In this document: positions 47,782 to 64,000 of the stretch, one piece after another
Layout: every line of letters begins with the position of its first letter
Numbering within the stretch: the stretch's first letter is position 1
Assembly: GCF_009914755.1 (NCBI RefSeq)
Contig: NC_060926.1
DNA length: 64,000 nucleotides
Reading direction: 5' to 3' (one strand)
Source: the human T2T-CHM13v2.0 reference genome, Homo sapiens
Made by a program: the position numbers and the translations under genes
The notes under the pieces: generated by a model
What the model was told of the DNA's origin: nothing
The model's input: the letters and a program-made list of their open reading frames with translations, nothing else
Databases searched by the model: none

Positions 47782-48988
47782 ATAATGCAATAAAGATTAT
47801 GTTTCAAAGCCATGAATATGCTTTTATTTTTTCCCATATGTTATCTTTTCTTTAGTTGGCCCATAGCGTTCATCTAGCTGGAGGGGAAATTAGAAATGTT
47901 AAAGAATGTTAAAGAAAGGCTAAACAATATCCAGCTTCTAACATTCAAAAATGGAACTGTTGAAAATATGTAAATTTTTTTTCTCTCTGCCTTCAGTAGA
48001 TCAATGTCCAAGGCTAGAAGAACCAGCTCAAAGAGTTCCGTCATTTTACAGAGAAGATAATCCTTTTGCCTATGGCAGAAAAGCCCTGAGGTTTGTTGCT
48101 GTAGGGCAGATTATGTAAAATGAGCGTAGTTAAAGATAAGTTGGCTATTCCTAAAACCAAGGTGAGGTTGGGAAGAAGAGAGAAGACAGAATGCAAAACC
48201 GTGGAGAGAAGGTGGCATAAAACTGACAGATGGGTTTATGGGGAGCCATAGTCATGTGTTATAAGCCAGTGAGCACCACTGAGCTCTGAAAAAGCTTAGA
48301 GAGGGCCAAGAATTTGGGTTATACCACATAAGGAGGTCCCACTATTAGGCTGTTAACACTTAGTATAAAAGGCTTATAAAGTTTTCATTGAACCATTTAA
48401 TTCAGCTTCCAAGTTTGCATTAACTTTTTCACTTTACAAATTCTTCAAGCCTCCTTAAATTACTGATGACTGATGATGTATTCCAGGAGATTATATTTGC
48501 AGTTGCTAGCTGCATTCTGGGCACTGTGATCAAAGAGGACATCAGATGTATATTGCTTTTTAGTTTATAGCATAGTTTTAATTTCTTATCTTAATTTCTT
48601 ATCTTTTGTGATTTAATCAATGTTTCAAGCAGCATAATTAACCCAAATCACACTGCAACTGGCTGTCTTTAAATAAATGCATATTCCAATGTTCATACTG
48701 AAAATATTTGTATGTATGTCTGATTCCCCTCCACTACTCTCATGGGGAAAGACTGTCAAAACTCACCTTGGTGTCCCCACTGCCTATCAGGGTGATAGGC
48801 ACAGGAAGACTGTGCTTTGGACTGTCAGCATGTAGCAGAGGACTCCAGGGGGAGTAATTCTTGGGATACTTCATTATCTTACTACAGTTCCTTAGAATTG
48901 CCACCATTCAGTGTAACAAAGAATGAATAAAGTTTGCCTCACTTCTCAAACACTGGAGATTACTATATAATCTTTGTAAATACTTTCT

Positions 48989-49174
48989 ATCGCTGATACT
49001 CAAAGACTGATCCCCAACCAGCAGCCTCAGCCTCACCTGTGAATTTTTTAGAAATACAAATTTGGGGCTTCCACCAAGACCCGCTGAATTGGGAACTCTG
49101 GGGAAGGGTGAGCAATCTGTGTTTGAACAAGCCCTCCAGATGATTCTAATGCATGCTAAAATTGAGCACCACTG
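48989..49174. mobile_element. MER5A
   Basis: CCAGCAGC.TCAGC.TCACCTG...AACAAGCCCTCCAG.TGATTCT.ATGCA...CCACTG. Confidence 0.85.
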
Positions 49175-52154
49175 ATCTTTAATAATCCTGAACTTAGACC
49201 AGATATGTTTTCCACTTGAACATATCACCTTGAGAAATGAGAGCTATGGTCCTTAATAATATAGTGTGTTGGAGATGCTTCCCTATGTACCTACTGTCCT
49301 AAAAATCCCCACCTTCAGTCACGTTGATAAGAATTCTGAAAAGCAAAGATTTCAGGGATTTAAATTTGTCCTTCCAAGATACCTCTGAAGAACTCTAGTA
49401 GAAAGCCTTAATTAGCCTCTACTTGTTTCTCCTTTTAGGTTGACAGGTGTCTGTACCAAAAGTTGTAGTATTGTGAGTGGATCTTTATAGTGGTATATTA
49501 TAGTAGTTATCGGACTATAGTGATTATAATATTGTTGCAGTATTAATGGGGAATATTTATGGCCACTTATTTCTTAAAGGGTCAGTACTTTTTTTTTCCT
49601 TATTCCATATTTGATAGTATTTTATCAAAACTTACCTTCAAAACTCTGTTTTGTTCTTTAATTTCTTATGCTGTTCTTGCTACTTTCTGGAAAAGATATG
49701 AAGAATTGGATATACTTGGAGATGTGCTTGTTTGTTTCCTCTGCCTTTTTACTTTTGGCTTCGTAAGATGACTTCATCAGTTATTTAAGAAATCTGCATT
49801 CACGCTTTTGACAGGAATAAATGATTCTCTGTCTTGGCACAGGAATATTTAAAAATATATGTAGATAGCTCATCTTCACCTAAGATCAGATTACATCAGA
49901 ATAGTTAGAGGTTGGGATACAGAGAGTTACTGTAATTTAACGTTTCTAAATGACAATGTATAGCTAGGATTCAGAATCACTGACCTGGGTTGTCTGTCAG
50001 CTCCAAATTCTTTTGAGTATAGTTTCGGAGCTCTTGTCCCATTCTTTAATATGTTGCCCATGGAAATGTTCTAGATCTGGGTGAGACATTGGCAATATGA
50101 GTGAGATCTAGATTATGTTTAACATAAGGCACTTCCATTTATTTTTAATGGGATGCATAGTAGCACCCCATGTTTTCTTATGGGATAAATGTCAGACGTC
50201 ACAGTGATCTGGCCACAACATCAAACATATGATTTACCACCAGACTTGAAGCTAATTAGCTGGCCCAGATTCCCCTCCTCCCTGACTGTTAATAGGCAAC
50301 TTTTCTGAAACAGCGTGTTAATGACAAAGGAACATTTTCTTCTTGATTGTTGTTGATAGTATCCTATTATATCTACTAGTGAGAATGGAAGTCAATTGAA
50401 GACATCTTGGGTTTCTCTTTATAACATATATTTCAATAGACTCATGGAAGACTCATAATAGGTGCTCAATAAATTGTTGAATATGCCTCTATTGAAATTT
50501 GAGATGTAGAAACTTGATTGTATGATAGTAATTTTGCATGTATTGTTTTATGTTGGATTGATCGGTTTTGAAATTGAAATATAAAAAAATTTCCTGATTG
50601 ACACTAATATAATTATCTGATTATTTTGGTAATTCACTTTAACTCCTAAATGTCAGTTTCTGTATCTCTAAAATGAGGAGCAAAAATAATTGCAGTTGAA
50701 ATTCTGCTTTTTTCCTGCTATTTTCTCTTTTCTTCCACTCTAGACTTTATAAACAGAGTTGTATTATTTCAGAACATTCCCACTGAAAAAAGACGTAAAT
50801 TTGAATGAATTGTGTGTTTTGAGAGTAGTTAGCTGTGTTACTTTGTTATCAGTTGCCTATGCTCTTGGACCTCAATTTCCTTAGTTTTTATGTACAAATA
50901 TGATTGCTAATTCCAGAATCCCAAGTGGGTTTGGGCAGTAGGACACAGCCAGCATCAGATACAATGCAATATTTCTTTGTCAGGGAGAAAAAGGCAAATT
51001 GCAGGACATGTCATGAGCTCAATGAAGAGAACTAAAATTCAGAAAATAGCTGGAGACTGAAAAAGAAGATTTTGGAACAAAGAGAGAAATAAGATTAGTG
51101 TAGGTCGATAGATTATATTATAATATGAAGACTAAACAAAGGCCCTCGTACTTGCAATTGTAATGCAGTGAGACCTGGAAACAGACATGAATGTTTAAGA
51201 TTTTGCTTCAGATGTGCCTCTTATTTTGAAGTGGTTAATTTGCATACAGTGAGATGTACACATTTCATGTGTGCAGCTCTGTTGGATTTTACATATTTAT
51301 ATGTCAATTGACTCATGTGAGCATCTCTTAGAGCAAAATTTTGTCTCAAGACCTTCCCTCAAGCTCCTTCCAGCCAATAGCACCTTACCCATAGGTAACA
51401 ACTACTCTTCTATCATAACAGATTAGATTTCCAGCACCACTTTTAAACTTTATTTGAGTCATACAGTATATTAAATATATTCTTTTGTGTCTATTTTTTC
51501 ACTTAACATATTTTGGAGGAGCTTTTCCATGTTACTGTGTATAAAAGTAGTTTGTATGCTTTTATTGCTGAGTAGTTTGCCATTGTATAAGTATATAATA
51601 ATTTGCTTAACCATTCTTTTGTGGGTGTGTATTTGAGTTGTTTTCATTGTTTTACTACTTTATTCAATTTTTGAATAAAACTGCTATGAATATTTTTACA
51701 CATGAACTTTTGTGGACATATGCATTATTTCTCTTGGATAGAAGTATAATTACTGACACAATTCCTTGCTTATGTTTAGCTTTAACTGATTAATACAAGT
51801 AGTTCTCCAAAGTGATTGAACTAATTTACATTTCCATCATCAGTGGGTGAAAGTCTAGTTAATGTCTCTGACATTATTTATATGTGTATTTTTAATTTTA
51901 GCCATCCTAGTGGATGTGTAATATTCTTATTTTGGTTTTAATTTCATTTCCTTAGTAACTAATGATGTTAACCACTTTGTCAATGTTTATCGCACATATG
52001 GATATCTTCTTTTATGTATCACTTGTTCAAATCTTTTGTCCATCATATTAAATTGGTTTTTGTATTTTTCTGGATTTGTTGGGTATATAGATGCTAGATA
52101 TGAGTCATTTCCCAGATTATCATCTTCCTGTTTGTGACTTACATGTATACACAC

Positions 52155-52467
52155 TCTCTCTCTCTCTCTTTTTTTTTTTTTTAATTGAGACAGTGTCTTC
52201 CTCTGTCTCCCAAACTGGAGTGCAGTGACTCAATCACAGCTCACTGCAGTCTTAACTTCCAGGGCTCAAGCAGTCCTCCCTCCTCAGTCCCCCAAGTAGC
52301 TGGGGCTACAGATGCAAGCCACCACACCTTTTTGTTTATTTATTTTGTAAAGACAAGGTCTTACTATATTGCCCAGGCTGGTCTTGAAATCTTGGGCTCA
52401 AGCAATCCTCCCACCTCAGCTGAACGAAAGTGCTTGGATTACAGGTATGAGCCATGGCATCCAGCCC
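52155..52467 (-). mobile_element. AluJ inside L1ME
   Basis: GGGCTCAAGCAATCCTCCC J-type motif with T/CT tail. Confidence 0.88.
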
Positions 52468-52871
52468 ATACGCTCTCTTAATATATTTTTTGCTCATCAG
52501 AAGTGTTTTGTTTTAATAAGTCTAATTTATAAATGTTACTATAATGTTCTGTGTAAGAAATACTTGCTTACTCCGGTATTATAATAATATTTCTATATTT
52601 TCTTTTAGAATCTTTACTATTTTTCACATTTAGTTCTGGTAGTTCAATTTAAACTTTTTGTGTGTCTGGTGTGAGGTAGGGATCCAGATTTTGTTTCCAT
52701 ATGTGTAGTATCTATTTGCTGCAACACCACCGCTTGAAAAGACCAACCACAGCCCCTGACATACACTGCATTGCCATGACATGTTTGTCAAAAATAAGTT
52801 TACCTCTATATCTGGATCTATTTTTGAACCAACTATTCTATTCATTTGGTCTGTTTGTCCATTTGGAAACC

Positions 52872-53756
<885 letters not shown>

Positions 53757-53971
53757 TGGGTCTTTTAAGGTTTTCCTAATACTATTTTATATTTTTAATG
53801 TAGAAATCTAATATATAATTTATTCTCTGATATTTGCTATTTCTTGTTGTTGACTATTCCAGTGTTGTTTTGAAGATGTAAGCCCATTTGTTAAAAATGG
53901 AAGGACACACGTTAAAAAAAAATCAGAAACAAAATGCAGGTTAGTTGAGGAAGATTTGAGAATTACAGGAG

Positions 53972-54140
53972 TGTGAGGATAGACCTTAAAGTGACCTCCA
54001 ATATTTCCTACCTTCTAGTATTCAAGCCATTGAGTAAGGGTGGGGCCTTCTTCTAACCAATAGAACATGGTAAAAGTGAATGACATCATTCCATTGCTTA
54101 TGTTATATTGCATAAAAGTCCATTTTGTTTAGGAAAAAAT

Positions 54141-54173
<33 letters not shown>

Positions 54174-54575
54174 CTAGGGTCTCTCTCTCTTGCTTGCTTT
54201 GAAGAAGCAAGCTACCATAATTATATGCCACACTGGAGAAGCCCATGTAGCAAGGAACTGAAGGGAGCAGCTTCAAAAAGCTGAGGATGACCTCCAACAA
54301 TAAACTGAAACCTTCAGTCCTTCAGCTGCAAGAAAGGGAATCCCACCAAAAACCTAAGGGAACTTTGGACATGGCTCTTTTCCCTAGTGAGCCTCTGATA
54401 AGAATGCACTCATAGCTGACACCCCAAGTGCAGCCTATTGAGACCCTGAAGCAGAGAACATGGTTAAGCTATGCCCAGGCTTCTGACCTATAGAAACTGT
54501 GAGGTAATAAATGTGTGTTACTTTAAGCTGCTAATTTTGTGGCAATTTGTTACCTATGAACATAAAATGTACACA
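53972..54575 (+). mobile_element. MLT1 (E/F-like) LTR
   Basis: CTTCTAACCAATAGAA...GCTTTGAAGAAGCAAGC...GAAACTGTGAGGTAATAAATGTGTG...GGCAATTTGTTAC. Confidence 0.8.
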
Positions 54576-54684
54576 AGGCACATACAAATAAAACATAAAC
54601 ATTAATTTAGTCCTCTATAAGATCCTCTAGCTTTGCCACCTATGGACACACCTCTGCCACTTTCCTCTCAAAAATGTACAATCA

Positions 54685-54997
54685 GGCTGGGTGTGGTGGC
54701 TCACACCTGTAAACCCAACTCCTTGGGAGGCTGATGTGGGCAAATCACTTGAGGTCAGGAGACCAGCCTGGCCAGCACGGAGAAGCACTGTCTCTACTAA
54801 AAATAAAAAAAAAATTTTTTTAAAAAGAAAAATAATTAACTAGTTGTGGTGGCACACACCTGTAGTCTCAGCTAGTCGGGAAGCTATGTGAGGAGAATGG
54901 CTTGAACCCAGGAGGTGGAGGTTGCAGTGAGCTGAGATTGTGCCAGTGCTCTCCAGCCTGGGCGACAGAGGGCGACTCCTTCTCAGAAAAAAAAAAA
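54685..54997 (+). mobile_element. AluS
   Basis: Dimeric Alu with A-rich linker and tail. Confidence 0.9.
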
Positions 54998-55360
54998 GCA
55001 CAATGTGTGTGTAGATGCTTCGACAGTCAGCATTTATTAAATACTTTCAGAGGGGTTCTATTATAATTGGGTACATTGATGATCCTGAAACTGTGATTGT
55101 GCTAATGAAGTTTTTGAAATTTATTATGGTATGTTAAGAAATGTCTAATAGATGGTAGCAGCAACTATTCTATACAGGGAACAGGTCTGTGATGTGGGAA
55201 AATGATGAATATCTAATGTTATAAAAATGCAATATTTAAAACCATATCTAAAAATATTTTTAACCATATAAAAGAGACTAATAGGCCAGCAGATAAATTT
55301 GAGATAGAAGTACAGATAGCTAGAAAGAGGGATGGATGGACTGGAAAAAGTAGTCTTACA

Positions 55361-61548
<6,188 letters not shown>

Positions 61549-64000
61549 TGCCAGCCTATCATTCTTAAATGTTAATAATTTTATGTCTAAGTGTTGAATA
61601 TTATAATATTTTAATGATTTCTCTATATTATTCCTTAATGATGATTTTTTCAGAAGTTTCTACATATGTTTCTTCTATCCAACTATAAAATATTTGAAAA
61701 AGAAATGATCAACAGAACAACTGTTCTATAAAAAGAAGAAATATTGAAAATGTGTTAAATTACTTGAAGACAGTTTTGTATCTTACTTTGAGCAGAGAAT
61801 TCTGACAAATATTTTTACATTTTCATACAAATCTTTAATAGGAGATACCAATTATATGGCACAAGCTAACTGATAAAGTTACAATAAAGAAACAGCAATA
61901 TAACGTATTTATCTGGTTCTGCTCTCCATCTTCTCTGTGAAAATTCTAACCTCTCAAGTTCCTTCCAGTTATTCTGCCATTTTCCAGAATAATATATTCA
62001 TTCTACTCAATAGTCAGTAGTAAGCACTACCATCCTCACCTTTCTGTATCTATGTCAGTACATGAAGTGACCAATATGACCACAAAACTGTCACAAGCAC
62101 CTATGCCCTGGCAAAGTTTCTAATGTTGCCATAGGCCCATGGAGGCACGAAAACCATGCCACATCCCTCTGTTCTACATGTAACTACCCTGACTCAGTTC
62201 AGGCTTTAAAAAATATTGACCCTGTGGGCATTTTGATATCTTAGAATAAGTTTAGCCTTGGAGTCAAGCAAAGACATCGTAATAATATTGTCTTAATTTT
62301 GTGTAGCCCACATGCTTTCATAGGTATTACTTCTCTTTATTTTCATGAAAAACTTCAATAGGCCCAAAATACATTGCCTAATGTTATTTGTTCCATGTCA
62401 TATATAGGCAAAATGAGGTCATTTGCAACTGCGGGCAGTCCAAGCACACAAGTGTTAGTGGCAGTGCCAGACTTCAAATTAGCCACCAAGTCCAAGACTG
62501 TATGTTATGCTCCTTCCATAAAAAATATTGTGCAATCAAACCACAGCATCAAATTTTATGTATCATTTAAAGACCATTGTTATTATCCATATTTCATAAG
62601 TTTGTACTGATAAACAATTACCAAGAGTAGGCAGAAAATGTTAAAATCATTGCTTTTAAAATATGGTATTTTCATCAAAAATTTCTGTTTTTCACATACT
62701 TGTATTAGAAAAGAAATATCAGTATGAGGTTTTTTTTTAAATACAAAATAAAAGCCTTGAAGAGAGACTGTTTTGAATTTTAAACTCTACAGCATCAACC
62801 AAATTGCTGCCATAAGTGTTAAAAATAATTAACAACATCAAAATATTATAAATTAAATTGAATTTCTCAAACAGCATCTCTTGTTGTTAGTAATGAAAAC
62901 ATCAAAATATACATGAATCATCAGAAGTTATATTCCAGGAGAGATGAATAAAATTAAATCCCACTTTCATTAAATTTAAATTTAATACCATTAAATACAA
63001 ACAAATGCCTATCAGATAGGACAATTAATACCTCCATTGAAATATTTCTATGGGAAACTTTGTTTCTTTTGTTATTCACAATAAAAACATTTTCTCTTTA
63101 GGATTCATGTAAGAAAAGTAAGAAAAAGGTACTAACTATAAATCATTATCATAGGCCTAATAATATAATAGAAATATTTGTACCTTTTTATCTTCATTTA
63201 TTTTAAAGCAAAAATAGATAATATATAATCCATTTTTAATTTTAAATATAATTCTAAACAAACATTTACAAGATAGCCAAAGCATTGAAAGGTGAAACAC
63301 TTTTTGGGGACTATCATGAAATGGCTCTGCTCTCTCTTTGCTTTCTCCTTGTTCTGAGCAGAGGATTCTTTTGTCTCCACTTTAAAATATCACTGTCTTC
63401 AGAAGATCCAGCAAGGTATGAAAGTAGTTGGCATTTAGAGGTTTTGTTCATCATATCACCACTCGTCTTCATATACATTTTACTTCATGTGGCAAACAAT
63501 GCCTTTCTACTTCAATTCATGTTAGTGTACATGGAATTCCACTCCACCTCTGCAGAGGGGCATGGGACTGAAGTCAGGGCAAAAAGAGCATGATTGTCTC
63601 ATGTCACACTGACTGGCCAGTGGTGGGCATATGATTGGCCTTAGCCAGGCCAATAAGAATGATATATGCCCTGTATGGAAGCAATTCAAATTAAATTTTT
63701 TGAAAATCTTTCATTGAGTCTCTTCCTTTTCACTTTTTCACCAGTTGTTCCCCCAAGAGAAGGGCTGGATCATAGATGTAATTTTTAGCCTAGGCTTTTT
63801 TGTCAAGATGATTTTCCTCTAGAGTACAGACTCTTGTTCCATAGTGGGTTTGATTTCATGTCTGCTTCAATTATTTCTACTCCAAAAATACTCCTTAGCA
63901 GGCATCCTCACACATAAATATCTTGATGTGTATAATTGAGCAAAATAGCAAATAATGAAAAGTGAAATATGGATGCTGGCAGCCTTTTCTCTTTGACCCT

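Larger units (their letters stand above)
45154..48805 (+). repeat. Old direct duplication of ~500 nt (45154-45688 and 48332-48805)
   Basis: Collinear blocks CTTAGTATAAAAGGC, AAGTTTTCATTGA.CCATTTAATTCAG, TATTGCTTTTTAGTTTATAGCA, a 45/46 core and ATCAGGGTGATAGGCACAGG are present in both copies. Confidence 0.92.

Overview
AT-rich primate (human-like) genomic DNA containing the 5' part of the striated-muscle/hair-cell gene XIRP2 on the + strand. It holds a probable non-coding exon 1 ending at 8509, the first coding exon (23421-23846, ATG at 23439) and about 40 kb of intron 2. The rest is mostly interspersed repeats: two ~6-kb antisense L1PA4-like LINE-1s, older L1MC/L1ME, Alus, MLT1/LTR41/MER67-like LTRs, Tigger3, MER5/MER104, MIR, L2 and L3. 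Not shown by the ORF track: a decayed antisense PDAP1 processed pseudogene just downstream of exon 1; an L1 whose 5'UTR lacks an exact 217-nt GT-AG intron (retrotransposed from spliced RNA), with its unspliced sibling in the same window; and several local direct and inverted templated duplications. No prokaryotic-type system, RNA gene or CRISPR array is supported. Repeat subfamily names come from recalled consensus sequences, and old-repeat boundaries are approximate.
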